Positions 1 to 7,657 of a stretch of DNA of 32,000 nucleotides are shown here, one piece after another. How positions within the stretch are numbered: the stretch's first letter is position 1; each line of letters begins with the position of its first letter. Under the pieces are notes generated by a model that did no database searches, was not told the origin of the DNA, and saw only the letters and a list, made by a program, of their open reading frames with translations. This DNA comes from Candidatus Saccharimonadota bacterium (lineage in GTDB: Bacteria; Patescibacteriota; Saccharimonadia; Saccharimonadales; UBA4665): contig OY970350.1 of assembly GCA_963718045.1 (NCBI GenBank), positions 360,001 through 392,000 of the forward strand. The letters run 5' to 3'. Both the position numbers and the translations under genes were made by a program.

Positions 1-2
1 TT

Positions 3-1634
3 ATCCGGCACATCACTATTGCCAATCCCTTGGACCGTGAACGAGACGTTCGGGTTTTTATGCACCAGGTATTCCAGATATCTAGAGCTGGCCGGGCTGA
101 TACTGCCCTATACATTCCCGATGACAACTACATTTTGGACTACAAGGGCCGTTATTCACTGGCTATTTCAGGTAAATACAGTGACGGCGGTGAGAGCTTT
201 GACCAGTACGCTGTTGGTAACTACGGCATTGAAGCTAAGGCTGGCACATTTGTTGACGCCGAAGACGGCCAGCTGTCCGGTAATGCCGTGGAGCATGGCG
301 GTGTTGACAGCGTAATTAGATTTAAACGGGCGCTTGGTGCTCATAAGTCAGATTTTATTGACTACTGGATCATCGCTTCGTCCAGCCAGAGTGATGCCCA
401 GGTTGTTGATGAATCCTTGAAAAAAGATGATATTGAGAAAAGATTAACAACTGTTCGGAAATATTGGCAGAAATGGCTTAAAGATAATCATGAACTGCCA
501 GACTATCACCTTAGGAGCTTAAAGCATAGTTTGCTGGTTATTAAGGCTCATATTGATGAGAGGGGTTCTATCCTGGCTAGCGGTGACTCCAGTATCTTTA
601 ATTACGGCCGGGACTACTACTGTTATTGCTGGCCAAGAGATGCAGCTTATGCTCTTTGGCCCCTCATCAGACTTGGCCACTACGAAGAAGCTAAGCAGTT
701 CTTTGAATTTGCCCGTGATACGAAGCATAAAGACGGCTATTTAATGCATAAATACCAGCCAGATAGATCAATTGGTAGTACCTGGCATCCTCTTGTTCAT
801 GGACGCAATAAAGAGCTGGCAATCCAGGAAGATGAAACAGCAACCGTTATATATATGATCGGCCAGTATTATGAAGCTTCCAAGGACAAGACTTTTGTTG
901 AGAATATTTATCATAGCTTTGTAGTTGGAGCAGCTAATTTCATGGTTAGGTTTATTGACGAATCGACCGGCCTGCCGCATGCCAGTTATGACCTATGGGA
1001 GGAAAAGTTCCTAACCTCGACTTATACAGTATCAACTGTTATTGCCGGTCTGGATACCGCTTCTTACCTAGCTAAAGAGGTTGATTCGGCCGATGACTCT
1101 GTTAGATGGAAGAAAATGGCTGACCAGCTTAGAAATAACCTAGATAAGCTATTTGGTGAAGTAGATTACTTTACAAAGGGATTCCTGCTTCTAGATAACG
1201 GTGATCTTAGATATGACTATACATTGGATATATCCAGCCTCTATGGGCCATTTATGTTTGCCGGTCTTGAATCGACAGATAAGAGACTGGTTGCAACTGT
1301 TGACCAGATTGAAAAGCGTATTTTAAACTCCTCACCTTCCGGAGGTGTACTCCGTTACGAGAACGATAGCTACTTCTTGACTAAGAAGCAGTACAAAGGC
1401 AATCCATGGATAGTCAGTACATTATGGCTGGCCCAGTATTATCTGGCAGTCAGTCAGCACCAAAAGGCTAAAGATCTGCTCGAATGGTCAATTGCCCGTG
1501 AACTTCCCAGTGCAGTCTTATCTGAACAGTTTGATCCTGAAAATGCCTTACCGCTCGGAGTTACGCCGCTGGTATGGAGCCATGCCGAGCTGGTTAATAC
1601 ACTGCTGGATTTAAGTAAATATCAAAAAGACTAG
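3..1634 (+). CDS. Glycoside hydrolase family 15 (glucoamylase/glucodextranase-like), 5'-truncated by window edge
   Basis: The frame is open from base 3, with no stop upstream of the TTG at 30, so the N-terminus lies outside the window. The catalytic region carries GH15-type motifs ([27 protein letters not shown]), preceded by an N-terminal beta-rich domain. Confidence 0.8.
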   Translation: MRHITIANPLDRERDVRVFMHQVFQISRAGRADTALYIPDDNYILDYKGRYSLAISGKYSDGGESFDQYAVGNYGIEAKAGTFVDAEDGQLSGNAVEHGGVDSVIRFKRALGAHKSDFIDYWIIASSSQSDAQVVDESLKKDDIEKRLTTVRKYWQKWLKDNHELPDYHLRSLKHSLLVIKAHIDERGSILASGDSSIFNYGRDYYCYCWPRDAAYALWPLIRLGHYEEAKQFFEFARDTKHKDGYLMHKYQPDRSIGSTWHPLVHGRNKELAIQEDETATVIYMIGQYYEASKDKTFVENIYHSFVVGAANFMVRFIDESTGLPHASYDLWEEKFLTSTYTVSTVIAGLDTASYLAKEVDSADDSVRWKKMADQLRNNLDKLFGEVDYFTKGFLLLDNGDLRYDYTLDISSLYGPFMFAGLESTDKRLVATVDQIEKRILNSSPSGGVLRYENDSYFLTKKQYKGNPWIVSTLWLAQYYLAVSQHQKAKDLLEWSIARELPSAVLSEQFDPENALPLGVTPLVWSHAELVNTLLDLSKYQKD

Positions 1635-1837
1635 TGTTTACGGGGTTTAACTTCGTTCCTGCCTAAACTCTTTTTAGTTTCGGTGAATATAACGTGCTTG
1701 CGAAGTCTTGGGCTGTATTTCTTTAAAGATAACTTATCTGGTGTATTCATGGTGTTTTTAGTGGTGTAATAGATTCTTTCGCCACTTTCTTCACTAACCA
1801 TACCGATTATCTTTCTCTTATCGCCTTTTTTAGCCAT
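1631..1837 (-). CDS. rpmG: 50S ribosomal protein L33 (Cys-less form, short C-terminal extension)
   Basis: The core [33 protein letters not shown] matches the L33 signature. All four zinc-ribbon Cys positions are replaced. The 3' end overlaps the GH15 stop by 4 nt in convergent orientation. Confidence 0.85.
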   Translation of the reverse strand: MAKKGDKRKIIGMVSEESGERIYYTTKNTMNTPDKLSLKKYSPRLRKHVIFTETKKSLGRNEVKPRKH

Positions 1838-1912
1838 AACTTATTGCCTTTAGACTTAAATATTATATATAGTTTAACAGATTAGAGTTAAGTTGTAAAA
1901 CCTGATTTAATC

Positions 1913-1988
1913 TGGAGCCGTGACCGAGATTTGAACTCGGGACCCCATCTCTACCATAGATGTGCTCTACCAACTGAGCTATCACGGC
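1913..1988 (-). tRNA. tRNA-Thr (anticodon GGU), CCA encoded
   Basis: Manual cloverleaf on the reverse complement: acceptor GCCGTGA/TCACGGC, D arm GCTC-AGTTGGTA-GAGC, anticodon arm CATCT-ATGGTAG-AGATG, T arm CCGAG-TTCAAAT-CTCGG, 3' TCCA. Confidence 0.9.
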
Positions 1989-2052
1989 GTTTTCTGCTAG
2001 CCAATAGTAGCAAATTTAATCTGTTTTTGCTACACTCTCTATCTGTAAGTAT

Positions 2053-2128
2053 GCCACCTTAGCTCAGCGGCTAGAGCAACACTTTTGTAAAGTGAAGGTC
2101 GTCGGTTCAAATCCGACAGGTGGCTCCA
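2053..2128 (+). tRNA. tRNA-Thr (anticodon UGU), CCA encoded
   Basis: Acceptor GCCACCT/AGGTGGC, D arm GCTC-AGCGGCTA-GAGC, anticodon loop TTTGTAA, T arm GTCGG-TTCAAAT-CCGAC, 3' TCCA. Confidence 0.9.
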
Positions 2129-2129
2129 T

Positions 2130-2217
2130 GCAGGGATAGCGAAGCGGTTCAAACGCACCAGTCTGTAAAACTGGCGGCTTTATGCCTTCGGGGGTTCGAA
2201 TCCCTCTCCCTGCACCA
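2130..2217 (+). tRNA. tRNA-Tyr (anticodon GUA), type II with long variable arm, CCA encoded
   Basis: Acceptor GCAGGGA/TCCCTGC, anticodon arm CCAGT-CTGTAAA-ACTGG, long variable arm CGGCTTTATGCCTTCG, T arm GGGGG-TTCGAAT-CCCTC, 3' ACCA. It starts 1 nt after the preceding tRNA. Confidence 0.9.
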
Positions 2218-2265
2218 CAGATAGAAGCATTGTGGACGTTAGAACATTTTCGTATAATTTATACC

Positions 2266-2448
2266 ATGAATTGTCCAACTTGTAATAAACCAATGCGTAA
2301 AGTTCGCTGGGAAATCACGAACAACTTTAAAACAGGTAAAGATTTTAAAGAATACGATAAAGTTACTTACGAGTGCAAAGATGATGATATTTGGGTTACG
2401 ACAGAAATTCCAATGACCGAAATAACTGTTAATAGCAAATTAAAATAG
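2266..2448 (+). CDS. Small hypothetical protein (60 aa) with a single N-terminal CxxC
   Basis: The track ORF 2182..2448 overlaps tRNA-Tyr, so I trimmed it to the internal ATG at 2266 (MNCPTCNKPMRK...). TATAAT at 2253-2258 lies 7 nt upstream, TTGTGG lies 17 nt further up, and there is no SD. No family recognised. Confidence 0.45.
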   Translation: MNCPTCNKPMRKVRWEITNNFKTGKDFKEYDKVTYECKDDDIWVTTEIPMTEITVNSKLK

Positions 2449-2657
2449 TTCTGACCTTGTTAAGAACGGTGCACCACGGATATAAGGATTCGTTACGTTA
2501 GAATGTTAAGTGACTTAATACAACCTACCAACTTTAGTTAGCCGCTTACAGGCCGAAGGAATCGCCACTCAGAAATTAACTAATTAGAGATAGTGATCTA
2601 TTAGGTATTCGACACGTATCATTATTATATTATTCTAAAAAAAGTTATCACGGATAC

Positions 2658-2685
2658 TTGCCGATTGTAATAATCGTGCTATAGT
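2658..2685 (+). promoter_or_regulatory. Predicted sigma70-type promoter with extended -10 for the 2713 gene
   Basis: TTGCCG (2658-2663), 16-nt spacer, TGcTATAGT (2677-2685). AGGAG RBS at 2703-2707, ATG at 2713. Confidence 0.45.
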
Positions 2686-2712
2686 TCAATTAATAAGAGT
2701 ATAGGAGTAACT

Positions 2713-3300
2713 ATGGCAGAGCGAACATTAAGTAAAGAAGTCTCTAAGAATGTAAGTGAATTATGGTGGCTATGGGTTATCCAAGCCATAGTATCCATAA
2801 TATTTGGGGGAGTAGCTATGTTTTGGCCTGGTTTAACACTAGTAGTGTTAGTCTATCTGTTAGCTCCCTTTGTTTTGGCAATTGGTATAATTGAAACTGT
2901 CCGCTCACTAATGACTATAAAGACTCGTGATACTTGGTGGATGGGTCTGATACTTGGCCTATTAACATTTGGCATAGGTGTATATCTAGCGCGACATCCA
3001 GAAGTTTCATTTGGAACGTTTATCGTCTTGGTTGGCATAACATTTATAGCTTGGGGCGTAATAGATATTGCTAGTGCATTCTTGGACAACATATATACAC
3101 ATCACAAGACCTTAAGTTTTATTGCTGGGCTCGCTGCACTAGCCGCTGGCATAATAGTTATGGTTCAACCGGTTTCCGGAGGTGTGGCATTTGTCTGGGT
3201 GCTTGGTGTATTTTCATTAATTTACGGTATAATCGCATTGGCGTTTTCTATTGACCATCACCGAGACTTTCAGGAGTTAAAGACCAAGCTAAAGGGCTAG
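2713..3300 (+). CDS. DUF308/HdeD-family integral membrane protein
   Basis: About six predicted TM helices with the repeated G-x3-I-x2-G-x6-P-like DUF308 pattern (IIFGGVAMFWPG, GIGVYLARHPEV, AAGIIVMVQPVSGG). Good RBS. Confidence 0.6.
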   Translation: MAERTLSKEVSKNVSELWWLWVIQAIVSIIFGGVAMFWPGLTLVVLVYLLAPFVLAIGIIETVRSLMTIKTRDTWWMGLILGLLTFGIGVYLARHPEVSFGTFIVLVGITFIAWGVIDIASAFLDNIYTHHKTLSFIAGLAALAAGIIVMVQPVSGGVAFVWVLGVFSLIYGIIALAFSIDHHRDFQELKTKLKG

Positions 3301-3364
3301 ATGGCTTTAATTACTATAGTATTGTAAACCTCGTTCATCACACTGCACCACAACCATAGGTGAA

Positions 3365-3682
3365 ATGAAAGATTTAAGCAGACTAACAATTGAGCAGTAC
3401 CAGGATTTGATCAAGGCGCTAGTTGTTGAGCGCGGTTTCGGTGAAGAAACAATACCTGAAGTCTTTACTTTATTGGTAGAAGAAGTCGGAGAATTAGCCA
3501 AGGCTATACGCAAACAAAATGGTCAAAAAGTTGATTTGTCTAGAAAACAGCATGATGTTGAGGAAGAGGCCGCAGATGTATTTTGGTTGTTACTTGATTT
3601 ATGTAATAGGTTAGGAATTGACTTGGGCAGGGCCTTTAATACTAAGGAAACTAAAAACTCGACTAGAAATTGGAGCAACTAA
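3365..3682 (+). CDS. MazG-like nucleoside triphosphate pyrophosphohydrolase (single all-alpha domain)
   Basis: EEVGELAKAIRK and EEEAADVFWLLLDLCNRLGIDL match the paired EExxE/ExxD metal-binding helices of the MazG/all-alpha NTP-PPase family. Size (105 aa) is typical. Confidence 0.75.
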   Translation: MKDLSRLTIEQYQDLIKALVVERGFGEETIPEVFTLLVEEVGELAKAIRKQNGQKVDLSRKQHDVEEEAADVFWLLLDLCNRLGIDLGRAFNTKETKNSTRNWSN

Positions 3683-3808
3683 CAAGGTTCTATCTTCGTT
3701 CAGCATTTTGCTCCATGATACTTTTATCCGTAATATTTAGTGTTTTATTAACCTATAACGCAGCGTAGTGTTTTTGTTATAATAGCTTTATATAAGGGAG
3801 GTAACTTT

Positions 3809-4063
3809 ATGAGAAAAATAGACGGTAAATATCAGACAAGCGGCGACATAACTAAATTAGATGGGACACCTATTCCGGAAGATGAACCACTTTTCCTGTT
3901 TAGGGCACACGATAAGCTGCTGGTTCAGCTACTTGAATATTACATGGAGCTTTGTAAAAAAGCTGGAAGCCCTCAAGCCCAGATTGACTTACTAAATCAG
4001 CGCATTGATGAAATTAAATCCTGGCAATCATCTCATCAAAATATGCTTAAAATACCAGATTAG
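3809..4063 (+). CDS. Hypothetical small protein (84 aa)
   Basis: Strong RBS AAGGGAGG at 3794-3801. Extended -10 TGtTATAAT at 3775-3783. The motif EDEPLFLFRAHDKL resembles, from memory and unverified, a motif in small phage/prophage proteins. Confidence 0.55.
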   Translation: MRKIDGKYQTSGDITKLDGTPIPEDEPLFLFRAHDKLLVQLLEYYMELCKKAGSPQAQIDLLNQRIDEIKSWQSSHQNMLKIPD

Positions 4064-4205
4064 TCGTTCTGTTGTAATATTCTGACTCTGTTGACAAGGT
4101 CATACTATTATTAAAGTTTTGGGCTTAACATGTAGTTTGTAAAATAAAGTGACGGATTGTTTGTGTTTATTAGCCATAAACTTATGATTTACAGATTATA
4201 AAAAG

Positions 4206-4769
4206 TTAGTTAAAACTACTTTTAGGCAGATCGCTTAGCTTCGGAGTCGGGAGTTTCCCAAGTCTAAATACTGGTACTGGCTTTTCCCTGGCTGTATTGG
4301 TCTTAGTCTTTGTCTGGAATAGTCTTAACGTCTGTTTGCCTGCAGCTTTGGCTTTTTTACGTTTTTTATCTTCCTCATGTTTGCCATTTAAATCATGCTT
4401 GTGGTCAGCTTTTTCGCCGAATATAGAGTTGATACCCCGATCAAATATAGGCCCTAGCTGTTCATCTCGGGCTAGTTCTGAGCCGTGATTGTGCCCCATG
4501 CAAATCTGGGCAAATTCAATTGACTTTTGCCGCATTAAGGCCATATCATACCTTACATTATCTCTGTTAAAGAAGGATCTGTATTCATCGCGAATTTGTT
4601 CATATGTCGGTTCCGTACCATCAGCATGTCTTAGTGTCGCAATGCCAGCTAATACATTTTCTGTTCGGTCTTTTTCAGCCACATTAGCTAGCTGTCTGTT
4701 ATATCTTTCATAGAACTCAGGTGTAAGTGCCGCTGGGTCAAAAGTCGGTAATTCTAGAGAATTAATCAT
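4206..4769 (-). CDS. Hypothetical protein (187 aa), His-rich patches and Lys-rich disordered C-terminal tail
   Basis: Its ATG overlaps the stop of the upstream 292-aa ORF (ATGA, 4766-4769), implying co-translation. No TM segment or signal peptide. Motifs CMGHNHGSE and ADHKHDLNGKHEEDKKRKKAKAAGK. No family recognised. Confidence 0.6.
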   Translation of the reverse strand: MINSLELPTFDPAALTPEFYERYNRQLANVAEKDRTENVLAGIATLRHADGTEPTYEQIRDEYRSFFNRDNVRYDMALMRQKSIEFAQICMGHNHGSELARDEQLGPIFDRGINSIFGEKADHKHDLNGKHEEDKKRKKAKAAGKQTLRLFQTKTKTNTAREKPVPVFRLGKLPTPKLSDLPKSSFN

Positions 4770-5644
4770 GCCGTGTCTGCAATCCTTCTTAATTGATCTG
4801 TAAATGCTTGTTGGCCTTGCCGATCATACATAGCCTGCAGGCCCGCGCCTAAGGCTATATCGGCTGCTTGGTCATAGTATACACCATAAGCTTGCTCTTT
4901 TGGCAAGAATTTAGCAGGAATATATATGGCATCTGTTGGCTGAGTATTTCCCCAACGAAAAATTATCGGCATACCGTAGCCACTAAAGCCTGCCAGATTA
5001 TCTCCGTTTGGCTCAAATACGTTGCCTAATGTGCCATCAGTTAAGCCGTTAGCAACAGTTGTTCTTTGTCTTACCTTAAAATGAGTATGATTACCATTTT
5101 CATCGAGAATCGTGTCTTTACCAAGTGAGATAGCGCCAAGGATAGTAAAGATATCCTCATAATCTTGAACCGGAGGTTTATTGTGGCTGCCTACTCCAGG
5201 CCCTTCGGCGTGGGCTGAGCCAGCTAACATAGTAGCCACTTCAGGGGGTGGCAACAGCTCACCACCTTTGCTTATCAGCGGATAGGGAGTAACTAACGGT
5301 AATACAGATATTGATGGCCGTCTGTAGGTGCCAGTTTCATCATAGTTAGGCGATAACATTCCCATTACGGCTTTATCTTGACCTTTTCGAGCATAGACAA
5401 CCGGCCCATATAGAGCCATGGCATGAACTATGCCGAAAACTAGCCGATCACTTAACCGTAGTTCGTGCATTTGAACAGTCTCTTTAATGCCATTACCTGT
5501 ATCAGCATCAAGGGGTTCGGTCCTAAACGGACTTATTATAGGTTCGAAAATCTCGATACCCTCGACAGCTAGTCTGCTAGGGGTTGGTGTTTCAAGATCA
5601 AATGTTTCAGCACCTTGTTTACCAATGTCTAAAATTGTTCGCAT
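4766..5644 (-). CDS. Hypothetical protein (292 aa), soluble, Gly/Pro-rich, apparently beta-rich
   Basis: Long clean ORF that is first in a two-gene operon. No TM segment or signal peptide and no motif I can assign to a known family. Confidence 0.6.
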   Translation of the reverse strand: MRTILDIGKQGAETFDLETPTPSRLAVEGIEIFEPIISPFRTEPLDADTGNGIKETVQMHELRLSDRLVFGIVHAMALYGPVVYARKGQDKAVMGMLSPNYDETGTYRRPSISVLPLVTPYPLISKGGELLPPPEVATMLAGSAHAEGPGVGSHNKPPVQDYEDIFTILGAISLGKDTILDENGNHTHFKVRQRTTVANGLTDGTLGNVFEPNGDNLAGFSGYGMPIIFRWGNTQPTDAIYIPAKFLPKEQAYGVYYDQAADIALGAGLQAMYDRQGQQAFTDQLRRIADTA

Positions 5645-5675
5645 TCAAATAGCTTACACGAGAACAGTAATAGAC

Positions 5676-5690
5676 TGCAACTATGTTGCA
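5676..5690. promoter_or_regulatory. Perfect palindrome TGCAAC-TAT-GTTGCA in the divergent promoter region (candidate Fur-family operator)
   Basis: A 6-3-6 inverted repeat centred in the 66-bp gap between the 292-aa ORF (start 5644, minus) and the Fur-family gene (start 5711, plus). It is flanked by overlapping -10 boxes: TATAAT 5699-5704 (plus) and TATACT 5697-5702 (minus). Confidence 0.45.
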
Positions 5691-5710
5691 ATTAGTAGTA
5701 TAATTGTTAC

Positions 5711-6136
5711 ATGGCAACCGGAAACATAACTAAATTTAAAAAAACTCTCACAGATAACAATTACCATGTTACTAAGGCTAGAGAAGCTACTTTTAAGCTT
5801 TTAATACACTCTGAACCGCAGACAATGGCAGAAATATTAGCTAGAGCTGTGGGTGTGGACCGGGTAAGTATCTATAGAAACGTGGAATTATTCGAAAAAC
5901 TCGGTATAGTTCACCGAGTCTATGTCGGCTGGAAGTATAAATTAGAGCTTTCAGACAAGTTTATTGCCCATCACCATCACATAAGCTGTCTAAAATGCGG
6001 ATTGCTAATGGATATTAAGGACGAGAAAGAAATTGCTAATTTTATTACAGCAGTATCAGCTAAATTCGATCTTGAACCTATCCGCCATCAGTTTGAAATT
6101 GAAGGCCTGTGCGCTGAATGCCGGGCTAAACAATAA
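5711..6136 (+). CDS. Fur-family metalloregulator (Fur/Zur/PerR subtype not resolvable)
   Basis: N-terminal winged-helix (VTKAREATFKLL..., RVSIYRNVELFEKLGIV), an AHHHHISCLKCG motif and a second CAEC pair that would form the structural Cys4 zinc site. Length is 141 aa. Confidence 0.85.
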   Translation: MATGNITKFKKTLTDNNYHVTKAREATFKLLIHSEPQTMAEILARAVGVDRVSIYRNVELFEKLGIVHRVYVGWKYKLELSDKFIAHHHHISCLKCGLLMDIKDEKEIANFITAVSAKFDLEPIRHQFEIEGLCAECRAKQ

Positions 6137-6779
6137 CCCGTTTAGGACGGATCATCTGTTTAACTTTAGCGGAAGGCAAACTTAGCCGCCTTAGTCTCTT
6201 CTTTAGGTCTCTGGCTTCATCTTCCATACCGTGGTTCAGATAGGAGTTATATAAAAGAGTGTAGGTTTCTCTGTTTGGCTCTATTTCAATAGCTTTATTG
6301 AGTTCCTGGAACATTATTTTAAGATTACCTAGTTTTTCCTGAACTTTGGCGTAGGCAACGTGACGGGCAGCTAGTTTATCTTCTAGCTTTAAGGCCTGTT
6401 CGAAGGCTACAGAGGCTTTCTCGTAGTTTTCGGTCTCATAATAGATAAGACCAAGGTTATGAAGGCTGGAAGGCGTTGCTTCGATGCTGGAAGCTATTTC
6501 AAAACAGTCTATGGCGTCCTTATATTCTTTTTGCTTGGCGTATAGGATACCAAGACGGTTATAGGCAGCTACATTCTTCTCGTCAATCTTTAGAATTGTT
6601 AGTAAGGCTTTTTCAGCTCTTAGAAAGCGGTTTTCTCTCATGCCCTGGTGGGCAATATCCCATAACCGGCCGATACGTTCACCGACTTTTCTTGATACAT
6701 CAACAAACTCGTCATCGTGTATCTCTGAGTCTCTAAAAGCTAATATTCCAAACATCACTACGATTAGTAATTCGTACAT
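6126..6779 (-). CDS. TPR-repeat protein with N-terminal membrane anchor
   Basis: N-terminal hydrophobic helix MYELLIVVMFGILAF, then several 34-aa TPR-like repeats (AYNRLGILYAKQKEYKDAIDCFEIA, LHNLGLIYYETENYEKASVAFEQALKL). Confidence 0.7.
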   Translation of the reverse strand: MYELLIVVMFGILAFRDSEIHDDEFVDVSRKVGERIGRLWDIAHQGMRENRFLRAEKALLTILKIDEKNVAAYNRLGILYAKQKEYKDAIDCFEIASSIEATPSSLHNLGLIYYETENYEKASVAFEQALKLEDKLAARHVAYAKVQEKLGNLKIMFQELNKAIEIEPNRETYTLLYNSYLNHGMEDEARDLKKRLRRLSLPSAKVKQMIRPKRVIV

Positions 6780-6799
6780 GTAGGGATCATTATATCAGA

Positions 6800-7657
6800 T
6801 TAAGCGAGGCTTAAAATATAATCGGTTAAAAGAAGTTTGGTTTGGGCGTTTAAAGAAAGTCTGTTTTCGCTTTTTAAAGTAGCAGCTAATATCTTATGCC
6901 ACCGAACTGCCTGCTTTGGATCACTTGAGCTGATACCGATCTTAGCCATCTGTTTTATAACAAATAGAGTGTTTATAAGATCCTTCTTATCTTTTGCCAG
7001 ATCGCTCGCATAACTTAGTCTTTCAAAGGTAGTTGAAGAAAGTAGTTTCCTGGCTCTTATGGCTGCATCGTTGAGGGAACTTTCCTTGTCTAAAAGGAGA
7101 AGGTCCATAAGTCCCGGGTAGCCGTCAGATATTAGATAGGCTTGGGCTATATCAGCGCTGTCTAGATCTAATTGACTATAGTAGGCGGTTAGCTCCGACT
7201 TATCTGGTTTAAAGACGTTAATAGTGTATAGCCTGGAGGTAATAGTCGGAAGCAGTGAAGTTAAGCTTTCAGCTGTTAAGATAAAGACAGTGCCCATGGG
7301 TGGTTCTTCCAGGTTTTTAAGAAGTGCATTTTGGGCTTCTAAGGTTAGTCTTTCTGCTCTTTCAATCAGTATTATCCGGTTAATGACTGTTTTAAGCGGT
7401 ACTTTAAGGATAATAAAGTCATTGATAGACCTTACGTCATCAATACTTATGGAATTTAATCCTTCGTTCTTTATGTCTAGAAAATAGGGGTATTTATCGA
7501 GTTCGCCGTCACTAAGGTGTAAGAGTCTAACTGTTAAATACTTCGCTAAGTAGCTTTTATCTAAACCACGAGGTCCGATTAAACCGACCGCTTGGCCCGG
7601 AGAGTCAAGGTAGGAAGTCATTGCTTTTAACGATTTAAGATTTATCGGCTTATTCAT
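6800..7657 (-). CDS. holB: DNA polymerase III delta-prime subunit
   Basis: AAA+ clamp-loader fold with a degenerate P-loop (GPRGLDKS) and the NALLKNLEEPP motif. Size is 285 aa. Confidence 0.75.
   Translation of the reverse strand: MNKPINLKSLKAMTSYLDSPGQAVGLIGPRGLDKSYLAKYLTVRLLHLSDGELDKYPYFLDIKNEGLNSISIDDVRSINDFIILKVPLKTVINRIILIERAERLTLEAQNALLKNLEEPPMGTVFILTAESLTSLLPTITSRLYTINVFKPDKSELTAYYSQLDLDSADIAQAYLISDGYPGLMDLLLLDKESSLNDAAIRARKLLSSTTFERLSYASDLAKDKKDLINTLFVIKQMAKIGISSSDPKQAVRWHKILAATLKSENRLSLNAQTKLLLTDYILSLA

Noticed and set aside
2007-2033. The 8-bp inverted repeat GTAGCAAA-N11-TTTGCTAC between the divergent tRNA genes. Each arm contains a TTGCTA -35-like hexamer.
   Set aside because: No properly spaced -10 box follows either hexamer; the 17-nt spacing falls inside or at the edge of the tRNA genes. 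Several inverted repeats of this size are expected by chance once all loop lengths across 32 kb are allowed.
2182-2265. The N-terminal 28 codons of track ORF 2182..2448.
   Set aside because: This part overlaps the 3' half of tRNA-Tyr (2130-2217) and simply translates tRNA sequence. The internal ATG at 2266, with an adjacent -10 box, is the plausible start.
2468-2475. The perfect 8-bp palindrome GGTGCACC just downstream of the CxxC ORF.
   Set aside because: More than 100 palindromes of 8 bp are expected by chance in 32 kb. It has no flanking structure or repeat copies.
2545-2566. Resemblance of CAGGCCGAAGGAATCGCC to the SRP RNA helix-8 core (CAGGUCCGGAAGGAAGCAGCC).
   Set aside because: It lacks the conserved AGCA 3'-strand motif and a GNRA tetraloop closed by a proper stem. 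No flanking helix could be built.
4091-4119. A consensus TTGACA at 4091-4096 in the convergent gap between the 84-aa ORF and the 187-aa ORF, considered as a possible sRNA promoter.
   Set aside because: No acceptable -10 hexamer lies at 16-18 nt spacing, and there is no downstream plus-strand gene or terminator-like structure.
2130-5644. tRNA-Tyr as the attachment site of an intact integrative element.
   Set aside because: I saw no integrase, recombinase or excisionase ORF, and no direct repeat of the tRNA 3' end downstream. Only a weaker 'possible decayed island' statement is retained as a finding.
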